A stretch of 32,000 nucleotides of DNA from Cupriavidus necator (GCF_016127575.1 NZ_CP066019.1:600001-632000), one strand, 5' to 3'. Counted from the first letter of the stretch, positions 1 to 8,270 are shown. Notes: generated from the sequence alone by a model not told the origin. Translations and numbers: made by a program.

Positions 1-1
1 C

Positions 2-256
2 ATGCTCTATGCCGGCAAGGGGATTCGCGCCAACTCGATCCATCCCGGCTATATCCGCACGCCGATGCTCGAACACGTGGCCCAGGCCTCGGGGCAGGGC
101 GAGGCGCTGTTTGACTACCTGGGTGGACAGACCCCCGCGGGCAAGGTGGGCCAGCCCCGCGACATCGCCGCGGGCATCCTGTACCTCGTGTCCGACGCCG
201 GGCGCTACGTCACCGGCGCCGAGCTGGTGATCGACGGCGGCTACACCGCACGCTAG
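2..256 (+). CDS. Short-chain dehydrogenase/reductase (SDR), C-terminal fragment; 5' end is off-window
   Basis: The frame-2 ORF is open to the window edge. It has the typical SDR C-terminal region IRANSIHPGYIRTPM ... YVTGAELVIDGGYTA. The stop is 24 nt before the next gene. Confidence 0.85.
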   Translation: MLYAGKGIRANSIHPGYIRTPMLEHVAQASGQGEALFDYLGGQTPAGKVGQPRDIAAGILYLVSDAGRYVTGAELVIDGGYTAR

Positions 257-279
257 AACCACCAGACAAGGAGAACCCC

Positions 280-657
280 ATGCCCGATAGCGCCGCGATG
301 AAAGCCACGCTGCTCGCCTATGTCGATCGTTTCAATGCCGGTGACGCGCAGGGCGTTGCCGCGCTCTACGCCGACGATGCCACCGTCGAAGACCCGGTCG
401 GCGCGCAGCCGATCGCCGGCAAGCCGGCCATCCTGGCCTTCTACCAGCACACCACCGCACTGGGCGCGCGCCTGGAGGTGGTGGCGCCGCCGCGCGGCTC
501 GCACGGTGACGCCGCCGCGCTGACCTTTGCCGTGCATGCCCGCCTGGAAGGGCGGCCGGCCCGCATCGACGTGACCGACATCATGACGTTCGGCGCAGAT
601 GGCCGCATCCGCAGCATGCGCGCCCACTGGGGGCCGGACGACGTGCATTTCCTGTAG
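280..657 (+). CDS. ksi: Steroid delta-isomerase (ketosteroid isomerase, NTF2/SnoaL fold)
   Basis: The ORF is 125 aa with an aaggaga RBS upstream. By eye it is collinear with the Comamonas testosteroni KSI sequence as I recall it (ALYADDATVEDPVG vs ALFADDATVEDPVG; SMRA near the C-terminus). Tyr14, Asp38 and Asp100 (equivalent to Asp99) are present. Confidence 0.85.
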   Translation: MPDSAAMKATLLAYVDRFNAGDAQGVAALYADDATVEDPVGAQPIAGKPAILAFYQHTTALGARLEVVAPPRGSHGDAAALTFAVHARLEGRPARIDVTDIMTFGADGRIRSMRAHWGPDDVHFL

Positions 658-670
658 GCCCGCCGCGCCC

Positions 671-1324
671 ATGGCCCGCCACACCCGCGAAGATGCCGCC
701 GTCACGCGGACGCGCATCCTGGCCAGCGCGCTGCAACTGATCCGGCACCGCGGCCTGCATTGCGTCACCGTGGACGATGTGGCCCGCGCCATCGGCATGA
801 CGCGCGGGGCCGTCTACGGGCATTTCCGTTCCCGCGCCGAGTTGCTCGGCGCGCTGCTGTCGTGCGCCGAAGCCGACTTCGCCGCCCGCCTCGCGCCGCT
901 GGCGCAAGGCCGCGCCGCCAACGGGCCAGGCACGCTGGAGCAGGCGCTGGCCGCCTTGCTCGATGGCGATGACCTGGCGCGCCATGTCAGCCTGCTGGCC
1001 GCCCTGCTGCAGCACAAGTGCGGCGACGACTGCGAGCTTTGCCCGCTGCGCGCCCGCGTGCTGGCGGGCGTCGAGACCCTGCGCGCAACCTTCGCCGGCC
1101 TGCTGCCGGCCCCAGGCATGGCCGGCCTGCTGGTGGCGCACCTGTGGGGCCTGCTGAGCGCGCACGCCATGCATCTCGCGCCGTCTGGCCTGTCCGGCTG
1201 TGCCGCAGCGCTGGCCCGGCTGTATCAAGGGCCCGACGTGCCGCCGCATCCGGCCCTGTCCACCATCCCTTCCTGTCGACCCGACGCCACTTTCGATCCG
1301 GCGCTGCTGCGGGATACCCCTTAG
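671..1324 (+). CDS. TetR/AcrR family transcriptional regulator
   Basis: The N-terminal HTH signature is TRTRILASALQLIRHRGLHCVTVDDVARAIGMTRGAVYGHFRSRAELL. I chose the ATG at 671 (Met25 of ORF 599..1324) because the upstream 24 codons overlap the ksi 3' end. Confidence 0.85.
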   Translation: MARHTREDAAVTRTRILASALQLIRHRGLHCVTVDDVARAIGMTRGAVYGHFRSRAELLGALLSCAEADFAARLAPLAQGRAANGPGTLEQALAALLDGDDLARHVSLLAALLQHKCGDDCELCPLRARVLAGVETLRATFAGLLPAPGMAGLLVAHLWGLLSAHAMHLAPSGLSGCAAALARLYQGPDVPPHPALSTIPSCRPDATFDPALLRDTP

Positions 1325-1410
1325 TCTGCTCGGACGAAGCGTTTCGGGCCGGCGCTGACTACGATGCTTTCAAAAGCATGGAAACCCAGTAAGGGTGCGG
1401 AGGAGACAGC

Positions 1411-1647
1411 ATGAAGCGGCTCGGATTTCGTTGGGCGGCGGGCCTGGCCGGGGCCGGCGCCGCGATGGGCGCGGCCTGGGCGATTGCCGTGGGCGGCGAC
1501 CTTGCCACCGCGCATGGCAGCCAGGACGAGATGCCCGCTGTCAGCGTGGCCTCCGCCGACGCGGCGCAAGACCACTGCAACGACGCCTGCGTGCGCAGCC
1601 GCGGCACCGCGGCGTTGGTGGTGCTAAGCCAGAGACCTCCGCATTGA
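1411..1647 (+). CDS. Hypothetical small secreted protein (78 aa)
   Basis: A strong RBS (ggaggag, 1399-1405) sits 5 nt upstream of the ATG. The N-terminus MKRLGFRWAAGLAGAGAAMGAAWA looks like a signal peptide. I recognise no family, and a chance ORF is possible in high-GC DNA. Confidence 0.4.
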   Translation: MKRLGFRWAAGLAGAGAAMGAAWAIAVGGDLATAHGSQDEMPAVSVASADAAQDHCNDACVRSRGTAALVVLSQRPPH

Positions 1648-1685
1648 CCCGTCGATCGACCTGCCTATGCAGGTCGATCGACGGG
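1648..1685. terminator. Perfect 17-bp stem with 4-nt loop between convergent genes (candidate bidirectional terminator or REP-like palindrome)
   Basis: The sequence reads cccgtcgatcgacctgc ctat gcaggtcgatcgacggg. It starts 1 nt after the stop of ORF 1411..1647 and ends 35 nt before the stop of the minus-strand amidohydrolase. There is no U-tract on either side. Confidence 0.5.
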
Positions 1686-1720
1686 CCAGTCCCTAATAGC
1701 CGAAACAGCGATCTGCAACC

Positions 1721-2896
1721 TCAGTCGATCAGGAAGCGCTGCGTCAGCAGCGCCCAATAGGCCGCGCCGATGGTGACGTTGTCGTCGTTGAAGTCGTAGC
1801 CGGGGTTGTGCACCATGCAGGCGCCTGCGCTGTCTCCATCGCCGTTGCCGATCAGCAGATAGCTGCCGGGGCAGCGCTCCAGCATGAAGGCGAAGTCCTC
1901 GCTGCCGGGCAGCGCCGGGCCTTGCGGCACGACCTTGTCCGGCCCAAGCAAGGCGAGCGCCGTCTGGCGCGCGAATTCCGTCTCTTCCGGAGTGTTGACG
2001 AGCACCGCATAGCCTTGCCGGTAATCGATCTCGGCGCGCACGCCGTAGCTTTCCGCCTGGGCCTGCACCAGCGCCTTGATGCGCCGCTCCAGGGTGGCAC
2101 GCACGTCGCGGTCGAGCGCCCGCACGCTGATTTCCAGCGTGGCTTCCTGCGGGATCACGTTGTTGGCCTTGCCGGCATGCATGGCGCCGACCGTCACCAC
2201 CGCCATCTGCAGCGGGTCGACGTTGCGCGAGACCACGGTCTGCAGGGCCAGCACGATGCCGGCGGCGGCCACCAGCGGATCGGCTGCCCGGTGCGGCAGC
2301 GCGCCGTGGCCGCCCACGCCTCTGACCGTGACGGTGGCGTAGTCCGACGAAGCCATGGTGGGACCGTCGCGCAGCACCAGCCGTCCCTGCGTGATGCCAG
2401 GCATATTGTGCATGGCGAAGACGGCGTCGCAGGGATACTTCTCGAACAGCCCGTCCTGGATCATGCGCACGGCGCCGCCCATGCCTTCCTCGGCCGGCTG
2501 GAAAATCAGGTTTAGCGTGCCGGAGAACTGCGCTTCCTGCGCCAGGTATTCCGCGGCGCAAAGCAGCATGGCGGTGTGCCCATCGTGCCCGCAGGCATGC
2601 ATGACGCCGGCATGGCTGCTGGAGTAGGGCAGGCCGGTCGCCTCGCCGATCGGCAGGGCGTCCATGTCGGCGCGCAGGCCGAGCCGGCGCGTGCCGCTGC
2701 CGCGCCGCAGCCTGCCCACCACGCCGGTGCCGCCCAGCCCGCGCTCCACGTCGTAGCCCCATTGGGCGAGGCGCTCGGCCACGGCGTCGCTGGTGCGGTG
2801 CTCCTGGAAGCCAAGTTCCGGATGCTGGTGAATGTCGCGGCGCAGCGCAACGAACTTGTCCGCGCGGGAGCGCAGCGATTCCAGGATGGCGTGCAT
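1721..2896 (-). CDS. M20D-family amidohydrolase (hippurate hydrolase / N-acyl-L-amino-acid amidohydrolase-like)
   Basis: The ORF is 391 aa. It carries the family N-terminus RRDIHQHPELGFQEHRTS and metal-site motifs HACGHDGH and FQPAEEG. An aggaga RBS lies upstream. Confidence 0.9.
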   Translation of the reverse strand: MHAILESLRSRADKFVALRRDIHQHPELGFQEHRTSDAVAERLAQWGYDVERGLGGTGVVGRLRRGSGTRRLGLRADMDALPIGEATGLPYSSSHAGVMHACGHDGHTAMLLCAAEYLAQEAQFSGTLNLIFQPAEEGMGGAVRMIQDGLFEKYPCDAVFAMHNMPGITQGRLVLRDGPTMASSDYATVTVRGVGGHGALPHRAADPLVAAAGIVLALQTVVSRNVDPLQMAVVTVGAMHAGKANNVIPQEATLEISVRALDRDVRATLERRIKALVQAQAESYGVRAEIDYRQGYAVLVNTPEETEFARQTALALLGPDKVVPQGPALPGSEDFAFMLERCPGSYLLIGNGDGDSAGACMVHNPGYDFNDDNVTIGAAYWALLTQRFLID

Positions 2897-2938
2897 GGGA
2901 TTTCTCTCCTCTCTATATGCGATGGCATTGGCGTTGCG

Positions 2939-3976
2939 TCATTGCGGCTGCAGCCCGATGGCCTTGGCCAGGCCGCGGTAGCGCGCCGTCTCGCCTTCGT
3001 AGAAGCGGGCCGCCTCCTGCAGCGTCATCGGCGTGGCCACGGTCTGCATCTGGGCTTCCAGCCCGGCGCGCACGGCGGGATCCTTGAGGACATTGCCGAG
3101 CGCCAGGTTCAGGCGCTGCACCACCTCGGGCGGGGTTCCCTTCTTCACCATGAAGCCGGTCCAGATCGTGAAGGCGAAGTTCTTCAGCAGCTTGCCTTCG
3201 CCGATGGTGGGCACATTGGGCAACAGCGGCGCCCGGGTGGCGCCCGCGGTGGCGAGCAGTTTCAGCCGTCCCTGCTGGGCCATCGCGCCGAGCGCGGCGT
3301 TGAACGGCACGATGGCGAAGTCGAGCTGGCCGCCGCCGAGGTCCTGTACCAGCGGCGCCGCGCCCTTGTAAGGGACGTGGGTCATCCTGGTGCCGGTGAG
3401 TTGCTGCATATGCTCGACCAGGATGTGGTACAGCGAGCCCACTCCCACGCTGCCGTAAGACAGCGGCTTGTCCTTGCGGCTGCGCGCCAGGGCGATCAGT
3501 TCGTCCGCGGAGTTGGCTTCCAGGTCCTTGCGTGCGATCAGTGCCAGCACCGCGGTGGAAATCGGCTGCACCAGCTGGAAGTCCTCCGCCTGCAGCTTGA
3601 CCGCGGCATTGGCCAGCGGAGACAGGATCACTTCGTTGGGAGAGCCCTGGAACAGGTAGTAGCCGTCGCCCGGCGCCGACAGCACCTTCTGCGCGGCGAT
3701 GGCGCCGCTGACGCCGCCCAGGTTCTCCACCAGCACGGTCTGGCCGAGCTGCTTGCCGACGGGCTGGCTCAGCACGCGGGCGATGGCGTCGGAGGCGCCG
3801 CCGGCGGGATAGGGCACCATCAGTGCGATCGGCTTGGCGGGATAGGACGCCCCGGTCGCCCCCGCGGCTGCGGTCGCGCCGGCCGCGCCGGCGCAGATCG
3901 GGCTGGCCAGCACGGCGGCAAGCAGGCCGCCAGTCAGCCTCGTCAGCGGGCGGCGCAGGCATTGTGTGAGGGTCAT
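2939..3976 (-). CDS. Bug-family (TctC-like) tripartite tricarboxylate transporter substrate-binding protein
   Basis: The ORF is 345 aa with a signal peptide. It has the Bug signature YPAKPIALMVPYPAGGASDAIARVL ... VENLGGVSG. An aggaga RBS is present, and the gene lies 42 nt upstream of the amidohydrolase on the same strand. Confidence 0.9.
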   Translation of the reverse strand: MTLTQCLRRPLTRLTGGLLAAVLASPICAGAAGATAAAGATGASYPAKPIALMVPYPAGGASDAIARVLSQPVGKQLGQTVLVENLGGVSGAIAAQKVLSAPGDGYYLFQGSPNEVILSPLANAAVKLQAEDFQLVQPISTAVLALIARKDLEANSADELIALARSRKDKPLSYGSVGVGSLYHILVEHMQQLTGTRMTHVPYKGAAPLVQDLGGGQLDFAIVPFNAALGAMAQQGRLKLLATAGATRAPLLPNVPTIGEGKLLKNFAFTIWTGFMVKKGTPPEVVQRLNLALGNVLKDPAVRAGLEAQMQTVATPMTLQEAARFYEGETARYRGLAKAIGLQPQ

Positions 3977-4062
3977 CGTCGTCTCCTGATCATGGATGCC
4001 GCGTCTGTCTTGTTGCCCCGGCGGGACGCACGGCTGGCAGCCATGTTAGGAAGGCGGCAACC

Positions 4063-4079
4063 TGATGTCCAATGCATCA
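4063..4079. promoter_or_regulatory. Candidate LysR-type operator (dyad TGATG-N7-CATCA) in an AT-rich divergent promoter region
   Basis: The dyad tgatgtccaatgcatca lies between the divergent Bug (start 3976, minus) and LysR (start 4121, plus) genes. This is pattern only. Confidence 0.25.
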
Positions 4080-4120
4080 TTTTTCTCATTATCATTACAA
4101 GATTGCATGCGAGGACGGCG

Positions 4121-5020
4121 ATGAACCTGATTCAGCTCAAGCACCTGATCGCGCTGGCGGAGACCGGCTCGTTCAGCCAGGCTGCCGCGCGGCTGCATCT
4201 GACGCAGCCGGCACTCAGCCGCAGCATCCAGGCCCTGGAAGCGGAGCTGGGCATGCCACTGGTAGACCGCATCGGCAAGCGCAACGAACTGACGCCGTTC
4301 GGGCAGCTGGCGCTGGAAAGGGCACGGCGCATCGTCTTCGAGGCTGGCGAGCTCAGGCAGAGCGCGCTGGCGTTGCAGGCCGGCCAGGCGGGCACGCTGC
4401 GCATCGGCCTGGGATCCGGGCCGGGCGCTATGCTGATGACGCCGCTGCTGGTGCATATGGCCAGGCACCATCCCAGGGTCAGGCTGACCATTTCGCGCGG
4501 CGCGACCAATCTGCAGCTTCAGCAGCTACGCGCCCGCGCGCTTGACGGCGTGGTCATCGATCTGCGCTCGCTAGTGCCGGGCCCCGACCTGCGCGTGGAG
4601 CGGCTGCCGGACCTGCGCGCCGGCTTCATGTGCCGCAGCGGCCATCCGTTGTGCAAGCTGCGCCGCGTGAGCTTCGACGATCTGCTGGCCTATCCGATCG
4701 CTTCCAGCCCCCTGTCGGACGAGGTGGCGCGCATCCTGATCGCCCACTTCGGGCCACGCGCGCATCCCGACCAGATGGTCACGCTGCGCTGCGAGGAGAT
4801 CTCCAGCCTGGTGGAAGCCGCCCGCATCACCGATGCGGTGTTCCTCGGCATCATCGCCGCCGCGCGCGAGCCCATGGCAAGCGGGGAACTGGTGGAGCTG
4901 GCATTGACGCCGCCCTTGCACACCAGCGCGCAGTTCGCGCTGATCACCTTGCAGGGACGGACCGAGACGCCCGCAATGGAGATGCTGCGGGCATTCATGG
5001 CGGAGAGGATGCGGGAGTAG
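4121..5020 (+). CDS. LysR-family transcriptional regulator
   Basis: The N-terminal wHTH reads MNLIQLKHLIALAETGSFSQAAARLHLTQPALSRSIQALEAELGMPLVDR. The gene is divergent from the Bug-amidohydrolase pair. It is the only plausible part of the 814-aa ORF 2576..5020. Confidence 0.92.
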   Translation: MNLIQLKHLIALAETGSFSQAAARLHLTQPALSRSIQALEAELGMPLVDRIGKRNELTPFGQLALERARRIVFEAGELRQSALALQAGQAGTLRIGLGSGPGAMLMTPLLVHMARHHPRVRLTISRGATNLQLQQLRARALDGVVIDLRSLVPGPDLRVERLPDLRAGFMCRSGHPLCKLRRVSFDDLLAYPIASSPLSDEVARILIAHFGPRAHPDQMVTLRCEEISSLVEAARITDAVFLGIIAAAREPMASGELVELALTPPLHTSAQFALITLQGRTETPAMEMLRAFMAERMRE

Positions 5021-5055
5021 CGGCGCTCCCGCCCGCGCGTACAGGCAATGACTGC

Positions 5056-5535
5056 TCAGCGCAGGCCAGCCTGCCGTTGCGCATTCAGCGCTTCCGCGCG
5101 CGCCTTGACGTCCCGTGCCACCTGGTCGAAGCCCTGCTTCACCCAGGCACCGTGCTCGCGCATGATGGTCTCCGCGTTCAGCCCCAGGAACAGGTCAGTG
5201 GTGAAGTAGCGGGTGCGCCCGGGCCCGACGGCTTCCAGGTACTGGTCGCGCCGGGCTGCATCCTTGTTCTCGTCGGTGGGGCGCTGCTCCCACGAGAGCA
5301 GGCGTTCCGGCTCCCACGCCACCAGGTACTCGTTGACCGGGATGACCTGGTCGGTGCCGGGGATGCGCACCTGCATGTACACCATGTCGCCGAGCCGGCC
5401 GGTGGTCTCCAGCTCCGGGCAGAACGTATTCCATTCCGCGTAGCGCGCAAAGTCGGTCAGCACTTCCCACACCAGCGCTACCGGTGCGTCGATCTCCACC
5501 TGGATCGACGTCACGAGATTCTCTGCTTTGGCCAT
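5056..5535 (-). CDS. SRPBCC (START/polyketide-cyclase-like) superfamily protein
   Basis: The sequence MAKAENLVTSIQVEIDAPVALVWEVLTDFARYAEWN is typical of SRPBCC N-termini. I chose the ATG at 5535, which has a ggagg RBS 5-6 nt upstream. Confidence 0.75.
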   Translation of the reverse strand: MAKAENLVTSIQVEIDAPVALVWEVLTDFARYAEWNTFCPELETTGRLGDMVYMQVRIPGTDQVIPVNEYLVAWEPERLLSWEQRPTDENKDAARRDQYLEAVGPGRTRYFTTDLFLGLNAETIMREHGAWVKQGFDQVARDVKARAEALNAQRQAGLR

Positions 5536-5735
5536 CGGCCCCTCCTTCATGAAAGTCATCGGGAAGGGACACACTAGAGCCGTGTGACTTCGGTTCGCAT
5601 ACCCCGAACGGACGAGTCCGGGTGGACGAAGGCGATGTTGTCGAGGTCAGGCAGATTGAGGCTTGCCCCGAGCGCGCGCGGTCCGGCGGCGGCGACGCGC
5701 GGCGGGGTCTCAGTCTCCAACTGCTGTGAGCTTGG

Positions 5736-5768
5736 TGCCGGCCATCGGGGATGGCTGGCATTTTTTTT
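5736..5768 (+). terminator. Rho-independent terminator with no upstream plus-strand gene (orphan; see findings)
   Basis: The stem is tgccggccat / atggctggca (10 bp, one G-U pair) with loop cgggg, followed by T8 at 5761-5768. Confidence 0.75.
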
Positions 5769-5829
5769 GGTTCATCGTCAAACTCTGGGGTCGGGCCGCG
5801 CGCAGGGCCCACACACTTCAGGAGAACCC

Positions 5830-6204
5830 ATGTTTGACCACGTCAAATTCGGAGTCAGCGACTATGCAGCGAGCAAGGCGTTCTTCCTCAAGGCACTCGA
5901 ACCGCTCGGCGTAGCGGTTGCCTCGGAGGGGCCGCCGGCGTACGGTGTCGAGCTTTGCCCAAAGGGCAAGGCTTCATTGTGCCTGTTCCAGACCGAGGAA
6001 AAGCCGGCGCATCTTCACCTGGCGTTCACGGCCGAGAATCGCCGGCAAGTCGAAGCTTTCTATCGCGCGGCCCTGGAGGCGGGTGGCAAAGACAATGGTG
6101 CGCCTGGCCTGCGCCCGCACTACCACGCCAACTACTATGCGGCGTTCGTGATTGGTCCGGACGGGCACAACATCGAAGTGGTTTGCCACCAACCCGAGGC
6201 CTGA
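5830..6204 (+). CDS. VOC (glyoxalase/bleomycin-resistance/dioxygenase) family protein
   Basis: The protein starts MFDHVKFGVSDYAASKAFFLKALEPLG and ends GPDGHNIEVVCH, giving 124 aa. A ggaga RBS lies upstream of the ATG at 5830. The upstream in-frame extension to 5584 spans the terminator and is not credible as coding. Confidence 0.85.
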   Translation: MFDHVKFGVSDYAASKAFFLKALEPLGVAVASEGPPAYGVELCPKGKASLCLFQTEEKPAHLHLAFTAENRRQVEAFYRAALEAGGKDNGAPGLRPHYHANYYAAFVIGPDGHNIEVVCHQPEA

Positions 6205-6222
6205 CCCTGCCATCGAGGACGA

Positions 6223-6933
6223 TTATTTCCCCTCGGGGTATTCCAGCTTCGGATACCAATCCGCCCCCCGGCCTTCCGGCGTGGTGTCCAGCAGGGTCCA
6301 CAGCGGATCCAGGTCCGGCGCACCGCGCGGGTCCTGACCCGGGTCGACCGAGAGGGCATACATCTCGCTGCTCCAGAAATGGCGGATCTTGCCGTCCCGG
6401 CGCGTAAACACCGAGTAGCCCGGAGCGTCGGCATCTTCGGGGCTGACATAGTCGCGGGTGAAATCGCCGTCGACGTCCGCATAGACCTTCAGCTTGGTCC
6501 AGCCCCGCGCCTTCTTGGCGGCGACCAGGCGATCGATGGGCGAGCGGGCGATCATCGCCAGCGCCACGCGCTGCTCGATGTCCGGGACCTTGTGATCCCA
6601 CGACGCCATCACCGACGTGCACATCGGGCAAGGCTGCTCCCGCTGCGGTCCGAACATATAGCTGTAGATGACCAGGGTGTCCTTGTCGCCGAACAGTTCG
6701 GCCAGCGTGACCGGACCGCGTTCGCCCTGGAAGGTATAGCGCTTTGTCACCTCGCCGCCCGCGGGCAGGCCGCGGCGCTGTTCGGCCACGCGCTCAATGT
6801 GGCGCCGCAGCTCGATCTCCTCCGCGAGCAGCGCATTGCGCGCCTTGCGGTACTCCGCGCTTTCATTGGGAAACCGGACGGGGTTTTGTTGCGCCAACTC
6901 GGTTGAGGGAATGAGTTTTGCAGTGGTGTTCAT
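6223..6933 (-). CDS. DUF899 thioredoxin-like family protein
   Basis: The ORF is 236 aa. I recognise the family from FPNESAEYRKARNALLAEEIELRRHIERVAEQRR and the CPMC motif. A ggagga RBS is present. Confidence 0.8.
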   Translation of the reverse strand: MNTTAKLIPSTELAQQNPVRFPNESAEYRKARNALLAEEIELRRHIERVAEQRRGLPAGGEVTKRYTFQGERGPVTLAELFGDKDTLVIYSYMFGPQREQPCPMCTSVMASWDHKVPDIEQRVALAMIARSPIDRLVAAKKARGWTKLKVYADVDGDFTRDYVSPEDADAPGYSVFTRRDGKIRHFWSSEMYALSVDPGQDPRGAPDLDPLWTLLDTTPEGRGADWYPKLEYPEGK

Positions 6934-7276
6934 GTGGGTCCTCCTGCCATAGCTACCGCGAATGGCCGGGGAATGTGATGCCGTCGCGCAGCGTCGGCGT
7001 TTCCGCGGCCCCTCACGTAGTTCGTGTCAGCCCAGGCCGAAATGTTCCACGCCATGCAGGGCCGATGCTGCCGTGACGTGGCCATTGCCTTTCCATTTGA
7101 GAAAGGAAGGTGGAGAAAGCCGCGATTCCAGCTGGGCCTGCCTCCCCTCATCATGTCTGTGGCGCAATAACGCGGCAGATGCCTGCCGCCCTTCGACCGC
7201 AGCCCGTCCCTACGCGCCAGTGTGACAAGCCGTGCCTCACATCGGCACGCTGCGGGGGGCCCGCAACCTGGATGTC

Positions 7277-8239
7277 ATGGCAATGAAGATCGTATTCCTG
7301 GACCGTTCCACCATCTCGCCGCAGGTCACGCTGCCAGCGCTGCCGTTCCCGCATGAGCTCCAACTCTACGGGGAAACGCCTGACGAGGACGTCGCCGCGC
7401 GCATCGCCGCCGCGGACGTGGTCATCACCAACAAGGTGAAGCTGGATGCCCGCCAGCTTGAGCAGGCACCGAACCTGAAGCTCATCGCCATTGCGGCGAC
7501 CGGCACCGATGTTGTCGACCTGCAAGCCTGTGCCGCCCGCGGCATCGTCGTCTCCAATATCCGCAACTATGCCGTCCATACGGTGCCGGAACATACATTT
7601 GCCCTGATCGTCGCGCTGCGGCGAAGCCTGGCCGCCTACCACGATGCGGTCCGGCGCGGCCGCTGGCAGGAATCCGGATCCTTCTGCTTCTTCGACTACC
7701 CGATCAAGGACTTGCACGGGTCGGTGCTTGGCATCATCGGCGACGGCGTGCTCGGCCAGTCGGTGGCCAGGATGGCGAGTGCGCTGGGCATGCAGCCGCT
7801 GTTTGCGGCCCACAAGGGACGCGAGGGCATGGGCCCGCTCTACACGCCTTTCGACGAGGTGCTGCGCCGTAGCGACATCATCACCTTGCATTGCCCGCTG
7901 GTGGCGCAGACACGCAACCTGATCGACACCGCGGAGTTCTCGAAGATGGAGCGGCGCCCGTTGCTGATCAACACCGCCCGAGGCGGGCTGGTCAATGAAG
8001 CGGCGCTGGTGGAAGCGCTGCAATCCGGAAAGGTGGCCGGGGCCGGCTTCGACGTTGCGACGCAGGAGCCGCCCGGCGCGGAACACCCGTTCCATCAGTT
8101 GAAGGATGCGCCGAACTTCATCCTGACCCCGCACGTTGCATGGGCCAGCGACGAGGCCGTGCAAGGCCTGGCCGACCAGCTTATCGACAATATCTGTGCC
8201 TTCGCGCAAGGCGCGCCCAGGAACGTGGTGGCCGCATGA
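7277..8239 (+). CDS. D-isomer-specific 2-hydroxyacid dehydrogenase (glycerate dehydrogenase / hydroxypyruvate reductase-like)
   Basis: It has the NAD-binding loop GIIGDGVLGQSVA and the catalytic region LINTARGGLV ... LTPHVAWAS. The start is ambiguous between the ATGs at 7277 and 7283 (MKIVFLD). Confidence 0.88.
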   Translation: MAMKIVFLDRSTISPQVTLPALPFPHELQLYGETPDEDVAARIAAADVVITNKVKLDARQLEQAPNLKLIAIAATGTDVVDLQACAARGIVVSNIRNYAVHTVPEHTFALIVALRRSLAAYHDAVRRGRWQESGSFCFFDYPIKDLHGSVLGIIGDGVLGQSVARMASALGMQPLFAAHKGREGMGPLYTPFDEVLRRSDIITLHCPLVAQTRNLIDTAEFSKMERRPLLINTARGGLVNEAALVEALQSGKVAGAGFDVATQEPPGAEHPFHQLKDAPNFILTPHVAWASDEAVQGLADQLIDNICAFAQGAPRNVVAA

Positions 8240-8270
8240 CGTGCCCGCCGGACGAAGGATGGTGCCGACA

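Noticed and set aside
2576-5020. An 814-aa plus-strand ORF.
   Set aside because: Only the last 299 codons (from ATG 4121) form a LysR protein. The first 515 codons run antisense to the recognisable M20 amidohydrolase and Bug genes. They are Ala/Arg/Gly-rich, as expected for a spurious open frame in high-GC DNA.
5011-5032. A hairpin gcgggag-N8-ctcccgc overlapping the LysR stop codon, considered as a terminator between convergent genes.
   Set aside because: It has only a 7-bp stem with an 8-nt loop and no U-tract. Such short GC stems occur by chance at this GC content.
5575-5735. Possible ZTP (pfl) or guanidine-type riboswitch in the leader upstream of the orphan terminator. The resemblance rests on gtgacttcgg, ccgggtgga and ggacgag strings.
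   Set aside because: Only fragmentary resemblance from memory. The required downstream pseudoknot element (CCGCCUGGGC-like for ZTP) and the ACGR-loop hairpin pair (guanidine-II) are absent. The regulated gene type (VOC) does not fit either class. It is left unclassified.
5584-5829. Upstream in-frame extensions of real genes: VOC from 5584, GS from 16048, DUF1214-like from 26680, cysD from 26794, HMG-CoA lyase from 11940 and the Bug gene from 10602.
   Set aside because: The extensions have no family similarity, lack an RBS and run across intergenic structures or neighbouring genes. The internal ATGs have good RBS sequences and give canonical family N-termini.
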